Shown in pieces: positions 1-12,897 of a stretch of 64,000 bases of DNA. The notes under the pieces were generated by a model. The model had not been told where the DNA came from. It saw only the letters and a list, made by a program, of their open reading frames with translations, and did not search any database. The translations under genes were made by a program, and so were the position numbers. How positions within the stretch are numbered: position 1 is the stretch's first letter; every line of letters begins with the position of its first letter. The DNA lies in assembly GCA_009777245.1 (NCBI GenBank), contig WRMF01000007.1, positions 7,037 to 71,036 on the forward strand, read 5' to 3'. The stretch comes from Betaproteobacteria bacterium. Its GTDB lineage: Bacteria > Pseudomonadota > Gammaproteobacteria > Burkholderiales > Rhodocyclaceae.

Positions 1-804
1 GATTACGATGAGGTAGAGAGCGAACAACATGAGCGCCAGAATCCGCCGCCGTTGTCCGGCGCGTCCGAAAAGGCGTATGATGCCCGACCACACTTGGAAG
101 GCGCGTCGAGCGGCGCGTTCGGACATGACCAGATGGGGAACAACCTTGACGGCGCAAAGGCCGCTTAACATCGGCTGCCCGGATTTTTCTTCATCGCGGG
201 CAAGCGCCTCAGCCAACGCCACGCCAAACCTCGCCGCCCCCGCTGTTTGCCTGGCGTTGATTCCGGCGGGCGGCAAGCCGAAAAAACGATTCCGTCGCCC
301 GGTCAGCATCCAGCGCGGCGTGGTTATGAAAGTCGCAAGCGGTGGGGACTCGTCAGTCAGCGCAATGTGATCGACAAGCCTTCCTCCCGCCTCCCCGACC
401 AGCATTTTCAGCGTATCGAACGCAGAAATCCACATGTTGCGGCAGGCCACCAGGCTGACGACCGGGCGTCCGGCAAGCAGGCGCTTACCCTCGGCGCTTT
501 GCAGGAAGGCGGTCATGGGTTGCGACGGGGAGAGATACCAGACTGTCCAGGCGAGAATTACCAGATCGAACGTCACATCGGCCGGGATCGCAAGAGGCTT
601 GTTGGGACGTGGGTCAAGGCGCACCGACTCCGGAAAAGCGTCGAAAAAAGCGAAAAACGACCAGGGAAACGGAAAAGCAGATTCCGGCTGCAATACTTCG
701 TGATGAACCCTGATATTCTCCGTTTCCAGCGGACGCGCCAAGGCGGCGACAATGTCGGCAAGCTGGCCGCTTTGAGAGTAGGAAACAACAAGAACGTTTT
801 TCAT
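1..804 (-). CDS. Flavodoxin-fold protein resembling the DarA (dialkylresorcinol-condensing enzyme) family; 3' end runs off the window
   Basis: Hand translation of the minus strand from ATG at 804 gives MKNVLVVSYSQSGQLADIVAALARPLETENIRVHHEVLQPESAFPFPWSFFAFFDAFPESV..., open to position 1. It is absent from the ORF track because no stop lies in the window. It has a hydrophobic C-terminal stretch (ILALMLFALYLIVI). The family call rests on my memory of DarA-like N-termini, not a search. Confidence 0.55.
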   Translation of the reverse strand, partial: MKNVLVVSYSQSGQLADIVAALARPLETENIRVHHEVLQPESAFPFPWSFFAFFDAFPESVRLDPRPNKPLAIPADVTFDLVILAWTVWYLSPSQPMTAFLQSAEGKRLLAGRPVVSLVACRNMWISAFDTLKMLVGEAGGRLVDHIALTDESPPLATFITTPRWMLTGRRNRFFGLPPAGINARQTAGAARFGVALAEALARDEEKSGQPMLSGLCAVKVVPHLVMSERAARRAFQVWSGIIRLFGRAGQRRRILALMLFALYLIVI

Positions 805-1109
805 GAATCATGACTCTGTTTTTATGTCGAGCCGATTGCGGAATGTTATCGCGCATATGTCCGGCTTGGGGCAGCCCATCATAGCCAGCCAGACAGTACA
901 GGCTTGGACTACTGTCAAACCCACCTGTCAAGCCTCGCGATTTACCGACTCTCCCATAACTTCCCCAAGTATTACAGAAAAGATGCGTTGGGTCAAAGCT
1001 ATTGTTCCTCAGGTAGCGTCGCTACGGCAAGCTGCCGCAGTAAACGTGCGCTCATGGCGCAAGAAGGGATAAAATACATGACTCCCCTTCCCTACCTTCC
1101 TGTTCAGCC

Positions 1110-3164
1110 ATGAGCCGTAAAATCCTCGTCACCTCCGCCCTGCCCTATGCTAACGGCGCGATTCACATAGGCCACCTTCTGGAATACATTCAAACCGACA
1201 TCTGGGTTCGCTTCCAGAAAATGCGCGGGCATGAATGCTGGTATGTCTGCGCCGATGATACCCACGGCACATCCATCATGTTGCGCGCAGAAGCGGAAGG
1301 CATTACCCCGGAAGCCCTTATTGACCGGACGTATGGCGAGCATGTGCGGGATTTTTCCGGCTTTTGCATCGGCTTTGACAACTACTACACCACCCATTCC
1401 CCGGAAACAAAAGAGTTTGCGGAACAAATCTACGGACGGCTCCTTGAAGCGGGGCTGATCGAAAAACGCCCTGTCGAGCAATTTTTCGATCCCGTAAAGG
1501 AAATGTTCCTGCCTGACCGTTTCATCAAGGGCGAATGCCCCAAATGCGGCGCGAAAGACCGCTATGGCGATAATTGCGAAGTCTGCGGCGCGGCCTATTC
1601 GCCGACTGAACTCATAAACCCCTATTCCGCCATCTCCGGCGCAAAGCCGGAATTACGCGAATCCGAACACTATTTTTTCAAACTTTCCGACCCGCGTTGC
1701 GAAGCCTTCCTGCGCCGTTATACCGCCCCTGAAAACGGCGTCCTGCAAAGCGAAGCCGCAAACAAGATGCGGGAATGGCTGGGACAAGAAGGAGAAAGCC
1801 TGCTATCCGACTGGGACATCTCCCGCGACGCGCCCTATTTCGGCTTTGAAATTCCCAATGCGCCGGGCAAATTTTTCTATGTCTGGCTGGATGCGCCAAT
1901 CGGCTACATGGGTTCGTTCAAAAACCTGTGCGCAAAGATCGGCCTTGATTTCGACGAGTATTTCAAGCCGGATTCCGCCACCGAGTTGTATCACTTCATC
2001 GGCAAGGACATTCTCTATTTCCACGCCCTTTTCTGGCCTGCGGAACTGGCAAACGCCAACTTTCGCACACCCTGCAAAATTTGCGTGCACGGCTTTCTGA
2101 CCGTGGACGGCGTTAAAATGTCCAAGTCGCGCGGCACATTCATCACGGCGGAAAGCTATCTTGCAGAAGGACTTAACCCGGAATGGCTGCGCTATTACTT
2201 CGCCGGAAAACTCTCCAACAGCCTGGAAGATATTGATCTCAATCTGGAAGATTTTGTCGCCCGCGTCAATTCAGACCTTATCGGAAAGTACATCAACATT
2301 GCCAGCCGCGCCGCCGGATTCATCGTGAAACGCTTTGACGGAGAACTTTCCGCCGCCGACTCGTCGCTTCCCGCTTTTCAGGCGATTCAGGAAGCCGCGC
2401 CGCGCATTGCCGAATTCTTCGAGAACCGCGAGTTTTCCAAAGCCATGCGCGAGATCATGGCGCTCTCCGACATAGCCAACCAGTATGTCGACAGCGTAAA
2501 ACCCTGGGAACTCGCCAGACAGGCAGGCGCGGAGGCTTTGCTGCATCAATCCTGTAGCCATGCCATCAACCTATTCAGACTGCTCACGATTCTTTTGAAG
2601 CCCGTTCTGCCTGCGCTTGCGGAACAGGTGGAAGCCTTCCTCAAGATTGACCCGCTCCTCTGGCGGGATGTGGACTCCCTGTTGCCTGCCGGACACGTCA
2701 TTGCCCCCTACCAGCACCTGATGACCCGGATTGACCCGAAACAGATCTCCGCGCTCATAGAGGCCAATCGTGAATCTGCCCCTGCCCCTGCCTCTGCCGC
2801 CGCTTCCCTGCCGACGGAGAAAACTGCAAGCGAGATGGTCGGTATCGAAGATTTCCTGAAAGTGGATTTGCGTATTGCCCGCATTGCCGAGGCTCATCCT
2901 GTCGAAGGCGCGGACAAGCTCGTGCGGCTTGTCCTTGACATCGGCGAAGAGAAGCCGCGCCAGGTCTTTGCCGGAATCAAATCCGCCTACGACCCGGCTG
3001 CGTTGACCGGCAGACTGACCGTGATGGTTGCCAACCTTCTGCCGCGCAAGATGAAATTCGGCCTGAGCGAAGGTATGGTGCTTGCCGCTTCGGGCGGCGA
3101 CGAATCCGGTATTTATCTACTCTCGCCGGATGACGGCGCAATGCCGGGAATGCGCGTGAAATGA
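1110..3164 (+). CDS. metG: Methionine--tRNA ligase with C-terminal tRNA-binding domain
   Basis: 684 aa. HIGH-type motif ([13 protein letters not shown]), KMSKS motif (VKMSKSRG), Zn knuckle CPKCG...CEVCG, and a C-terminal EMAP/Trbp111-like domain ([19 protein letters not shown]). Confidence 0.97.
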   Translation: MSRKILVTSALPYANGAIHIGHLLEYIQTDIWVRFQKMRGHECWYVCADDTHGTSIMLRAEAEGITPEALIDRTYGEHVRDFSGFCIGFDNYYTTHSPETKEFAEQIYGRLLEAGLIEKRPVEQFFDPVKEMFLPDRFIKGECPKCGAKDRYGDNCEVCGAAYSPTELINPYSAISGAKPELRESEHYFFKLSDPRCEAFLRRYTAPENGVLQSEAANKMREWLGQEGESLLSDWDISRDAPYFGFEIPNAPGKFFYVWLDAPIGYMGSFKNLCAKIGLDFDEYFKPDSATELYHFIGKDILYFHALFWPAELANANFRTPCKICVHGFLTVDGVKMSKSRGTFITAESYLAEGLNPEWLRYYFAGKLSNSLEDIDLNLEDFVARVNSDLIGKYINIASRAAGFIVKRFDGELSAADSSLPAFQAIQEAAPRIAEFFENREFSKAMREIMALSDIANQYVDSVKPWELARQAGAEALLHQSCSHAINLFRLLTILLKPVLPALAEQVEAFLKIDPLLWRDVDSLLPAGHVIAPYQHLMTRIDPKQISALIEANRESAPAPASAAASLPTEKTASEMVGIEDFLKVDLRIARIAEAHPVEGADKLVRLVLDIGEEKPRQVFAGIKSAYDPAALTGRLTVMVANLLPRKMKFGLSEGMVLAASGGDESGIYLLSPDDGAMPGMRVK

Positions 3165-6100
3165 TTGACACCCCGCCCTTTCGTTTTGTGCATCTGCGCT
3201 GTCATAGCGAGTATTCGATCACCGATGGAATCCTGCGTCTGGACGAGGCGGTCGGACGCGCGGCAGCGGACGGAATGCCTGCGCTTGCCGTCACTGACCT
3301 GATGAACCTCTTTGCTCTGGTTAAGTTCTACAAAAGCGCGAGAAACAAGGGCTTAAAGCCAATCGTGGGCGCAGACTGCTGGATTCTTAACCCAAACGAC
3401 CCGGAACGCCCCTGTCGTCTCTTGCTTCTGGTCAAAAACCGGAAAGGCTATCGGCAGCTTTGCGAGCTTTTGACCCGCGCCCATATAGCCCCGGAGCGTC
3501 TGGAAAAGGCGCAGGCTCGTCCGCAAATCGCACGGGAATGGCTTGCCGAAATCGGATCAGACGGCCTGATTGCCCTGTCCGGCGGGGCAATGGGCGATGT
3601 GGGCGAGGCCATTCTTACGCGCCGCCCGCAGGAAGCGAAAAAGCGGGCAGAAGTCTGGCGCGATCTTTTTCCCGGCGCGTTTTATCTGGAAGTCCAGCGC
3701 CCCGGCCTTCCCGAAGACGAGCGGCTGATTCAGGCCACAGTCAGTCTGGCTGTTGAACTGGAACTGCCGATTGTGGCGACTCATCCGGTGCAGTTCTCGA
3801 AACAGGAAGATTTTCGCGCCCATGAGGCCAGAGTATGCATCGCGGAAGGCTATACCCTGGGCGACACCCGCCGTCCGCGCCTCTTTACCGAAGCCCAATA
3901 CTTCAAGACCCAGGACGAAATGGAGGAGCTTTTTGAAGACCTGCCGGAAGCGTTGGAAAACTCCCTGGAAATCGCCAAACGCTGCAATCTTGAGCTGGCG
4001 CTGGACGAAAATTTCCTGCCTCATTTTTCCACACCGGAAGGCATAAGCCTGGAAGACTACCTGACCCGGCAAGCCGAGGAAGGTCTGGAAAATCGCCTTC
4101 GAGAAATTTTCCCCGATTCTGACACGCGCATGTCATGCCGTCCTGAATACCATGAACGCCTGAAAACGGAACTGGCGACCATAATCCAGATGGGCTTTTC
4201 CGGCTACTTCCTCATCGTTGCCGACTTCATCAACTGGAGCAAGCAAAACGGCGTGCCTGTAGGCCCCGGTCGCGGCTCCGGCGCGGGTTCCCTGGTCGCT
4301 TTCTCGCTTGGCATCACCGACCTTGACCCCATACCATATGCCCTGCTGTTTGAGCGTTTCCTGAATCCTGAGCGGGTATCCATGCCCGACTTCGACATTG
4401 ACTTCTGTCAGGACAATCGCCACCGAACCATTGAATATGTGCGAAAGCATTACGGCTCTGACGCCGTATCCCAGATCGTCACCTTCGGAACCATGTCTTC
4501 CAAGGCGGTGGTGCGCGATGTGGGAAGGGCGCTTGATCTGCCCTTTTCCCTCTGCGACCGCATCGCCAAGCTGATTCCGGTCAAGGAAAACAAGCCCGTT
4601 CCGCTCGCTGTCGCGCTGGAGACGGAGCCGCTGCTGCGGGAAATGATGATAGGTGAGGACAAGGAAGCTCTGGAAGAATTGTTCGGACTTGCCATGCGCC
4701 TTGAAGACCTGACGCGCAATGTCGGGATGCACGCGGGCGGCGTTTTGATCGCGCCGGGCAAGATTGTGGATTTCTGCCCCATATATCAGGCCGCAGGCAA
4801 TGACGCTTCGCCGGTCTCCCAGTTCGACAAGGACGACGTGGAAAAAATCGGGCTGGTCAAGTTCGATTTTCTCGGCCTGAAGAACCTAACCATCATCGAG
4901 CTTGCGTTGAAGTACATCGAACGGATGACGGGCGAGCGTCCCGACATGATGAAGCCGGGGTTTTCCGACCCGGAGGTTTATCGGGTCTTGCGGGAAGCCA
5001 ATACGACGGCGATTTTTCAGGTCGAGTCGGAAGGCATGAAAAAGCTCCTGAAAAAACTGGGGCCTGATTGCTTTGAAGACATCATCGCCGTGCTTGCCCT
5101 TTATCGTCCCGGTCCTTTGGGTTCGGGGATGGTGGATGATTTTTGCCGCCGCAAAAAAGGCCAGCAGCGAATTGACTATTTCCACCCTGCTCTGGAATCC
5201 TGCCTTGCTCCGACTTACGGGGTCATCGTCTATCAGGAGCAGGTGATGCAAATCTCCCAGATCATCGGCGGCTATACCCTGGGCGGCGCGGATTTGCTGC
5301 GCCGCGCCATGGGCAAGAAAAAACCGGAGGAGATGGCGGAGCACCGCGAAAGCATTGCCGAAGGCGCCAGAAAAAAAGGATTCTCGCCCGCCCTGGCCGA
5401 GCGTCTTTTCGACCTGATGGCGCAATTTGCCGAATACGGATTCAACAAATCGCACAGCGCCGCCTATGCGGTCGTCACCTACCAGACCGCATGGCTGAAA
5501 GCGTATCACCCCGCAGCTTTCATGGCGGCTACCCTGTCCTCGGACATGAATGACACCGATGCCGTCAAGAATCTTTATGATGATTGCCTGAAAAACAAAA
5601 TCCGCGTCCTGGGGCCGGACATCAATACTTCCGCTTATCGTTTCGAGCCGGTTGACCAGGACACTATCCGTTATGGTCTGGGCGCGATCAAGGGCACGGG
5701 CGAACATGCCATTCGCGTCATTGAAAAAGCGCGGAATGAAGGGGGACATTTCCGGGATTTGTTCGATTTCTGCCGCCGCGTCGACAAACGTCAGGTAAAC
5801 CGTGGCTCCGTTGAATCCCTGATTCGCGCGGGCGCGTTCGATAGCATTGATCCGGAGCGCAACAAACTCATCGCCTCTGTCGGCATTGCCCTGGAAGCTG
5901 CCGAACAGGCGGAAAAAAACGCCCTGCAATCCAGCCTGTTCGATGCCTTTGGGGCGGACGAAAAAAAGATGCTGGCTCCGCAATATATCGCCGCTCTGCC
6001 CTGGGGCGAACGCGAGCGACTGACCCAGGAAAAGGCCGCGCTTGGTTTTTCCTTTTCCGGTCATCTTTATGACGGCGCGCGTCAGGAGCTTTCCCGTTTA

Positions 6101-6631
6101 ATTCCCCGCGAGCTTGCCAAACTTACGCCGGGGCGGGAAGCGACGCTCGTCGCCGGAATCGTGAGCGGGCAACGCGCCCAGATTACAAGACGCGGCAAGA
6201 TATTGTTCGTCCAGCTTGATGACGGAACCGCTCAGGCCGAGGTTTCCGTTTTCAATGAGCTTTTTGAAAAGGAAGGGAAAAGGATAAAAAACGACGAGGT
6301 GTTGATCGTAGAAGGCAAAGTCAGCAATGACGAATACAACGGCAGTTGTCGCATTGTCGCCGACCGATTGATGACTTTGGGCGAACTGCGCGGGCGCTTT
6401 GCTTCAAGTCTTACGCTGGCCCTGGACGGAAAAACCAGCCTTTCCCAACTGAAAGATATTCTCGCGCCCTTCCCCGGCGCAGCTCCCGTTTGCGTCAGAT
6501 ACCGAAACGACAAGGCCAGTTGCGAATTTACCCTTGGCTCCGACTATCGCGTCACCCCCGAGAACGCCCTTCTTGAAGAACTCGCCGCCCTTGCAGGCAC
6601 AGGAAACGTAGAGGTGAAATACGGTAGTTGA
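3161..6631 (+). CDS. dnaE: DNA polymerase III alpha subunit
   Basis: 1156 aa. N-terminal PHP domain ([15 protein letters not shown]), [33 protein letters not shown], and an OB-fold region near the C-terminus. The ATG overlaps the metG stop (ATGA). Confidence 0.97.
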   Translation: MIDTPPFRFVHLRCHSEYSITDGILRLDEAVGRAAADGMPALAVTDLMNLFALVKFYKSARNKGLKPIVGADCWILNPNDPERPCRLLLLVKNRKGYRQLCELLTRAHIAPERLEKAQARPQIAREWLAEIGSDGLIALSGGAMGDVGEAILTRRPQEAKKRAEVWRDLFPGAFYLEVQRPGLPEDERLIQATVSLAVELELPIVATHPVQFSKQEDFRAHEARVCIAEGYTLGDTRRPRLFTEAQYFKTQDEMEELFEDLPEALENSLEIAKRCNLELALDENFLPHFSTPEGISLEDYLTRQAEEGLENRLREIFPDSDTRMSCRPEYHERLKTELATIIQMGFSGYFLIVADFINWSKQNGVPVGPGRGSGAGSLVAFSLGITDLDPIPYALLFERFLNPERVSMPDFDIDFCQDNRHRTIEYVRKHYGSDAVSQIVTFGTMSSKAVVRDVGRALDLPFSLCDRIAKLIPVKENKPVPLAVALETEPLLREMMIGEDKEALEELFGLAMRLEDLTRNVGMHAGGVLIAPGKIVDFCPIYQAAGNDASPVSQFDKDDVEKIGLVKFDFLGLKNLTIIELALKYIERMTGERPDMMKPGFSDPEVYRVLREANTTAIFQVESEGMKKLLKKLGPDCFEDIIAVLALYRPGPLGSGMVDDFCRRKKGQQRIDYFHPALESCLAPTYGVIVYQEQVMQISQIIGGYTLGGADLLRRAMGKKKPEEMAEHRESIAEGARKKGFSPALAERLFDLMAQFAEYGFNKSHSAAYAVVTYQTAWLKAYHPAAFMAATLSSDMNDTDAVKNLYDDCLKNKIRVLGPDINTSAYRFEPVDQDTIRYGLGAIKGTGEHAIRVIEKARNEGGHFRDLFDFCRRVDKRQVNRGSVESLIRAGAFDSIDPERNKLIASVGIALEAAEQAEKNALQSSLFDAFGADEKKMLAPQYIAALPWGERERLTQEKAALGFSFSGHLYDGARQELSRLIPRELAKLTPGREATLVAGIVSGQRAQITRRGKILFVQLDDGTAQAEVSVFNELFEKEGKRIKNDEVLIVEGKVSNDEYNGSCRIVADRLMTLGELRGRFASSLTLALDGKTSLSQLKDILAPFPGAAPVCVRYRNDKASCEFTLGSDYRVTPENALLEELAALAGTGNVEVKYGS

Positions 6632-6638
6632 ACACGGG

Positions 6639-6691
6639 TCTCGCTTCTCTCCGCCATTTATGGCGGAGAGAAGCGAGAGCGGTTTTGATTT
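6639..6691 (+). terminator. Rho-independent terminator after dnaE
   Basis: Perfect 18-bp stem tctcgcttctctccgcca / tggcggagagaagcgaga with loop ttta, followed by the T-rich tail gcggttttgattt. Confidence 0.65.
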
Positions 6692-6721
6692 AACCCTGTA
6701 CAGCAGACATGGATTTTTGCT

Positions 6722-6844
6722 GGATTCCCGCCTTCGCGTTCATTTCGAGTGGAAAGGTTGGAACAGTGGGAGCAGCAGGTACGCTGCCACAGCAGAGAAA
6801 ACATGACCACATTTCAGGCGTCATTCCCGCGAAGGCGGGAATCC
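6722..6844. repeat. Two REP-type hairpin units in opposite orientation
   Basis: The units are ggattcccgccttcgcg (6722-6738) and gtcattcccgcgaaggcgggaatcc (6820-6844). Each unit folds as attcccgc-gaag-gcgggaat. The same unit recurs at 60713-60737 and 60829-60853. It translates to the spurious IPAFAGMT / VIPAKAGIQ peptides seen in the ORF track. Confidence 0.8.
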
Positions 6845-6970
6845 AGAATGGATGTATCCGCTTAAACCGAAGCCGCTCTAGACAAAGCGTAACAGGGAGC
6901 CGAAGGCTCCCCAAGACCGTACCGTGTCGAGGAATCCCCTGCCTTCAGGCAGGGGTGACTCAAAAATATC

Positions 6971-7819
6971 CTAAACTTCAGGCGGCTGAAAGATTTTCAG
7001 GCGGTTTTCGAGCGTGTCCATGTCAGTATTCAGGAATTTCGCAATTTCAGACAAGTCGCTTGGTATGGCCGGATCATCCCAACCGTTGGCAAGGTGGCGG
7101 GCAAATATAACCGCGAGGCTTACGTTTTTTACTTTCGGGTTGTCCGTCTTTCTGCCATCAATCAGTTGCAGGAGTAAATCAGGCAATTTCCAGTTGCGGC
7201 AAAGCTGAAGCTGAACATCGGCAAGCGTGCAACCCAAAACTTCCTTCTGCGCGTCCACGCTTCGCAAACCCGGATTGGCTTTCAGCATCGCGCGAACTTT
7301 CATAGCCTGCAAAGGCTCCAGAACATAGAGGAGAATCTCCGCCAAATCGTACAACAAGGCAGCCAGCGTGATCTCCTGAATGTCAGGATCAACCCGCCAG
7401 AGCGCAAATCTATGGGCATAATTCGCGGCATTTCTGGAGCGGCTTATGGTTTTCAAAGCCTCCAGAAGCGCATGTGGCGCATTGCGCTGCAAAATTTCTT
7501 CCAGACTTTTCAGATTGTCAAAGGCATGTAAAAACGGCTCAACGCCCATCATGATGATTGAGCTGCCGATGGTGGAAATTTCGTTATGCAGCGCCCTTCC
7601 CAGCCCGCGAGTCACCTTGCTATGGGTAATCATCCGCACGGCAAGCAAAGGGTCTTGCGCCACAATCCTGGAAAGGTCGCGGGCGTTTACGACCTCCATA
7701 TGCTCCCGCGCCTCATCAAGCAGTTGCCTGGTATGCCGCAAAACCGGCAACTCCTGCACCCGAAGGTCAAGATACGATAATGTGCAAAAAGGCGTTTGTT
7801 CTGACATTTCAGAAGACAT
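6971..7819 (-). CDS. HDOD-domain signal-transduction protein
   Basis: 282 aa. The pattern LPVLRHTRQLLDEA...DLSRIVAQDPLLAVRMI...LGRALHNEISTIGSSIIMMG matches HDOD domains as I recall them. No other ORF competes on the opposite strand. Confidence 0.75.
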   Translation of the reverse strand: MSSEMSEQTPFCTLSYLDLRVQELPVLRHTRQLLDEAREHMEVVNARDLSRIVAQDPLLAVRMITHSKVTRGLGRALHNEISTIGSSIIMMGVEPFLHAFDNLKSLEEILQRNAPHALLEALKTISRSRNAANYAHRFALWRVDPDIQEITLAALLYDLAEILLYVLEPLQAMKVRAMLKANPGLRSVDAQKEVLGCTLADVQLQLCRNWKLPDLLLQLIDGRKTDNPKVKNVSLAVIFARHLANGWDDPAIPSDLSEIAKFLNTDMDTLENRLKIFQPPEV

Positions 7820-8177
7820 GGAACACCTAGCAATGCCTTTTAGATATTGTGGCGGACAAATTGTTGATTTTGCAAGTATTTTTTGTAAAGCATGATATGC
7901 CGCTCCAAAAAACGCCTGACTTCTGTCCTGTTGAAAAGCATCCTCGTCTTATTGAGGATCTATGTCCCTCAATGGTAAACCAAAATCGCGCAACAGGTAA
8001 TAAATGCAATCATGTGCGTTCAGTAATTCCTGCAAGTAATTATCCTCTGCCCAACAAGCAAACAGATCAGGAACGCCTGTCTCTCCTTTCCCCCGCCGCC
8101 TTTCCCGCACAGCACTTGACCGTCGCTTTATTAACGGAAAGCATTATATATCGCATTCCAGGCATGATACGTGTCAT

Positions 8178-8813
8178 TCAGGCAACGGATTTTTCATTCC
8201 ACGCGCAGAGGTCGGAGATTGTGCAGCGTTGGCATTCCGGCTTCCTCGCCTTGCAAACGTAACGCCCATGCAAAATCAGCCAATGGTGCGCGTTTTGCCG
8301 GAATCTGGCCGGAGTAACTCGTTCCAGCCCGTCTTCCACCTCGCGCGCGGTTTTGCCGACGGCTAGGCCAGTGCGATTGGCCACGCGAAAAACATGGGTA
8401 TCCACGGCAATCGTCGGCTGATTGAAAGCAGTGTTCAACACCACATTGGCAGTCTTTCGCCCCACTCCGGGCAAGGCTTCCAGGAGGTCGCGATCACAGG
8501 GAAGCTCGCCGCCGTGTCGCTCCAGCAACAGATGACAGGCCGCAATCACATTTTTGGCCTTGTTCCGGTAAAGGCCGATTGTCTTTATGGCTTCACGAAG
8601 CCCCTCCTCTCCCAGGGAAAGCATGGCCTCCGGCGTTGGAGCATCCTGAAAAAGACGGCGGGTAGCCTTGTTTACGCCAACATCGGTCGCCTGCGCGGAA
8701 AGCATGACAGCCACCAAAAGCTGAAAAGGAGAGCCATATTGAAGCTCGGTCTTCGGCGCAGGATTGTCTGCTTCCAGGCGTTCATATAGCAAACGGCAGT
8801 TTTTTGGATTCAT
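8178..8813 (-). CDS. nth: Endonuclease III
   Basis: 211 aa. HhH-GPD motif (LPGVGRKTANVVLNTAF...AVDTHVFRV) and a C-terminal 4Fe-4S cluster loop (CKARKPECQRCTISDLC). Confidence 0.95.
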   Translation of the reverse strand: MNPKNCRLLYERLEADNPAPKTELQYGSPFQLLVAVMLSAQATDVGVNKATRRLFQDAPTPEAMLSLGEEGLREAIKTIGLYRNKAKNVIAACHLLLERHGGELPCDRDLLEALPGVGRKTANVVLNTAFNQPTIAVDTHVFRVANRTGLAVGKTAREVEDGLERVTPARFRQNAHHWLILHGRYVCKARKPECQRCTISDLCAWNEKSVA

Positions 8814-8853
8814 ACGGAAACATCAATTAAACAAGAAATTCTGTACGCTTCGC

Positions 8854-8882
8854 TTGACCAATACCGATAGCGCGATTATCTT
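8854..8882 (+). promoter_or_regulatory. Possible sigma-70 promoter for ilvI
   Basis: TTGACC (8854-8859), a 17-nt spacer, then TATCTT (8877-8882), about 30 nt upstream of the ilvI start. Motif match only. Confidence 0.25.
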
Positions 8883-8912
8883 TTCAGATTCTCACATACA
8901 TCGGTAACGATA

Positions 8913-10613
8913 ATGATGAAAAGCGGCGCAGAAATTGTAATCAAATGCCTCCAGGAAGAAAAGGTGGAGTACGTGTTCGGCTATCCGGGCGGAGCCGTGC
9001 TGCACATTTATGACGAACTGTTCAAACAGGACGAAATCAAGCATATTCTGGTGCGGCATGAGCAGGCTGCCGTCCATGCGGCGGATGCCTACTCCCGTTC
9101 TTCCAACCGGGTCGGCATCGCAATGGTCACTTCAGGCCCCGGCGTGACCAATGCGGTCACAGGCATTGCCACCGCATATTCGGATTCCGTGCCGATAATC
9201 GTGCTCTGCGGCCAGGTGGCTACCGCCTTCATCGGGCAGGATGCCTTTCAGGAATGCGACACGGTGGGCATAACCCGTCCGTGCGTCAAGCATAATTTTC
9301 TGGTCAAGGATGTCCGTGATCTGGCAACGACCATAAAAAAAGCGTTCCAAATCGCCACGACAGGCCGTCCGGGGCCGGTCGTAATCGATCTCCCCAAGGA
9401 CATGACGGCGGAAAAATGTGAATTTCATTATCCCGCAGCCGTCGCTATGCGCTCCTATAACCCGATTGTCAAGGGACATCTTGGGCAAATAAAGAAAGCG
9501 GCGCAACTCCTCGCGGAAGCAAGACGCCCCATCATCTATATCGGCGGCGGGGTTATCCTTTCCGATTCCGCGCCCAAGCTGACAGAATTTGCGCGGCGGC
9601 TCAATTTTCCAGTCACCAACACCCTGATGGGACTGGGCGGATTTCCCGGCACGGACAGGCAAAACCTCGGAATGCCCGGAATGCATGGCACTTATGAAGC
9701 CAATATGGCGCTTCACCACGCGGATGTAGTGCTGGCGGTCGGTGCGCGTTTCGATGATCGGGTTATCGGAAACGTCGCCCATTTTGCCGCCGAGCCGCGC
9801 AAGGTCATTCACATTGACATTGACCCTTCTTCCATATCCAAACGAGTCAAGGCGGACGTGCCAATCGTCGGAAACGTCGCCGATGTGCTTGATGAAATGC
9901 TGAAGCTGCTGGACGAAGGGCTTGCCGCTTCCCCCGACCTGCCGTCATGGTGGGAGCATATCGAGGAATGGCGCGGCAGGCGCGGCCTTGCCTACCTGCA
10001 AAAAGAGCGCATCATGCCGCAATTCGTCGTGGAAACTCTCTACGAGGTCACTCGCGGCGAAGCCTTTGTGACTTCCGATGTAGGGCAACATCAGATGTTC
10101 ACCGCGCAGTTTTACAAATTCGACCGTCCCCGCCGCTGGATCAATTCCGGCGGGCTTGGCACGATGGGCGTAGGGTTGCCCTACGCGATGGGAACCTGCT
10201 TTGCCAATCCGGGCGAGCCGGTCGCCTGCGTCACCGGAGAAGGCTCCATTCAAATGTGCATTCAGGAGCTTTCCACCTGCAAACAGTTCGAGTTGCCGAT
10301 CAAGATCATCAATCTCAACAACGGAATGCTGGGCATGGTGCGGCAATGGCAGGAGATGTTCTACTCCAAGCGCTACTCCCAGTCTTACGTCACTTCGCTG
10401 CCTGATTTCGTCCGGCTTGCCGAAGCCTACGGGCATATCGGCATGAAAATCGAGAAGCCGGAAGAAGTGAAGCCCACGCTTGAAAAAGCCTTTACCGAGT
10501 ACCGCGACCGTCTGGTATTCATGGACTTCATCATTGATCCGACCGCCAACGTCTTCCCCATGGTAGCCTCCGGCAAGGGGCTGACCGAAATGGTGCTGGC
10601 CAAAGACCTGTAA
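8913..10613 (+). CDS. ilvI: Acetolactate synthase, large (catalytic) subunit
   Basis: 566 aa. TPP-enzyme N-terminal, central and C-terminal regions (GYPGGAVLHIYDEL; GGLGTMGVGLPYAMG; NNGMLGMVRQWQ). The small subunit follows. The ilvI versus ilvB naming is a convention choice. Confidence 0.93.
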   Translation: MMKSGAEIVIKCLQEEKVEYVFGYPGGAVLHIYDELFKQDEIKHILVRHEQAAVHAADAYSRSSNRVGIAMVTSGPGVTNAVTGIATAYSDSVPIIVLCGQVATAFIGQDAFQECDTVGITRPCVKHNFLVKDVRDLATTIKKAFQIATTGRPGPVVIDLPKDMTAEKCEFHYPAAVAMRSYNPIVKGHLGQIKKAAQLLAEARRPIIYIGGGVILSDSAPKLTEFARRLNFPVTNTLMGLGGFPGTDRQNLGMPGMHGTYEANMALHHADVVLAVGARFDDRVIGNVAHFAAEPRKVIHIDIDPSSISKRVKADVPIVGNVADVLDEMLKLLDEGLAASPDLPSWWEHIEEWRGRRGLAYLQKERIMPQFVVETLYEVTRGEAFVTSDVGQHQMFTAQFYKFDRPRRWINSGGLGTMGVGLPYAMGTCFANPGEPVACVTGEGSIQMCIQELSTCKQFELPIKIINLNNGMLGMVRQWQEMFYSKRYSQSYVTSLPDFVRLAEAYGHIGMKIEKPEEVKPTLEKAFTEYRDRLVFMDFIIDPTANVFPMVASGKGLTEMVLAKDL

Positions 10614-10625
10614 GGGAGCAAAGCA

Positions 10626-12160
<1,535 letters not shown>

Positions 12161-12170
12161 TTTTTCCAGC

Positions 12171-12212
12171 TTCCGGCGGCGCTGACTCGTCCAACGCCGC
12201 CGGAATTTTCCC
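12171..12212 (+). terminator. Hairpin plus T-tract between ilvC and psd (possible terminator or attenuating structure)
   Basis: ttccggcggcg (12171-12181) pairs with cgccgccggaa (12195-12205) across a 13-nt loop, followed by ttttccctttaa. Confidence 0.4.
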
Positions 12213-12234
12213 TTTAACCTTGACCGAGATATTC

Positions 12235-12897
12235 ATGAATTATCCACATCCGCTGATTGCCCGCGAAGGCTGGCCTTTTCTGATTGTCGCCTTCATAGCC
12301 TCCGTCATCTGTAGCTTGTTTGGATGGGTGCTTCCGTTCGTCCTCACGGGACTTGCATTTTTGTTTATCCTGCAATTTTTCCGTGATCCGCCCCGCGCCA
12401 TTGCGGGCGGGGACAGTCTTGCCATTATCGCTCCGGCTGACGGGCGCGTCATTGCCATTGAAGAATGCGACGACCCCTGGCTTTCCAGACGCGCCCTCAA
12501 AATCAGCGTGTTCATGAATGTGTTCAATGTCCACTCCAACCGCTCGCCCATTGACGGCGAGGTAAGGCAGGTGACGTATCATCCCGGGCGCTTCTTCAAT
12601 GCCGCGCTTGCCAAGGCGTCCACGGAAAACGAACGCTGCGCCATGCACCTTGTCGGTACGGAAGGGCAGGACGTGACCTGCGTTCAGGTTGCCGGACTGG
12701 TTGCCCGCCGTGTTCTGAATTATATGGAACCAGGCAAAAAACTCGAACGCGGGGAGCGTTACGGCTTTATCCGTTTTGGCTCGCGCGTTGATCTCTACCT
12801 TCCGACGGATGTTCGAGTACTTGCCACCGTTGGGGACAAAGTGCTCGCTTCCAGCACGCTCTTAGCCGAATTTGCCAAGGCGGCTCCCGATGCTTAA
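12235..12897 (+). CDS. psd: Phosphatidylserine decarboxylase proenzyme (short, Asd-type)
   Basis: The track ORF 11821..12897 is open upstream into ilvC. The plausible start is ATG 12235 ([16 protein letters not shown]...). There are N-terminal TM helices and a GS self-cleavage motif in [14 protein letters not shown]. Confidence 0.88.
   Translation: MNYPHPLIAREGWPFLIVAFIASVICSLFGWVLPFVLTGLAFLFILQFFRDPPRAIAGGDSLAIIAPADGRVIAIEECDDPWLSRRALKISVFMNVFNVHSNRSPIDGEVRQVTYHPGRFFNAALAKASTENERCAMHLVGTEGQDVTCVQVAGLVARRVLNYMEPGKKLERGERYGFIRFGSRVDLYLPTDVRVLATVGDKVLASSTLLAEFAKAAPDA

Noticed and set aside
247-813. 188-aa + strand ORF (and 29..370, 434..703) at the left edge
   Set aside because: The sequence is Arg/Gly-rich and low-complexity. 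The opposite strand carries a coherent flavodoxin-fold CDS with a proper ATG at 804, so these are antisense shadows.
3161-3164. ATGA overlap of the metG stop and dnaE start as something unusual
   Set aside because: Four-nucleotide overlaps are common in compact operons. Nothing else in the sequence suggests special regulation.
4886-6064. 392-aa minus-strand ORF inside dnaE
   Set aside because: It is antisense to an unambiguous dnaE frame, has Arg/Gly/Ala-rich composition typical of GC-rich antisense frames, and has no recognisable motifs.
6709-7110. 133-aa + strand ORF (and 6690..6914 on the minus strand) containing IPAFA / VIPAKAGIQ peptides
   Set aside because: These are translations of REP hairpins, and the ORF also overlaps the 3' end of the HDOD gene. 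This is a known type of annotation artefact.
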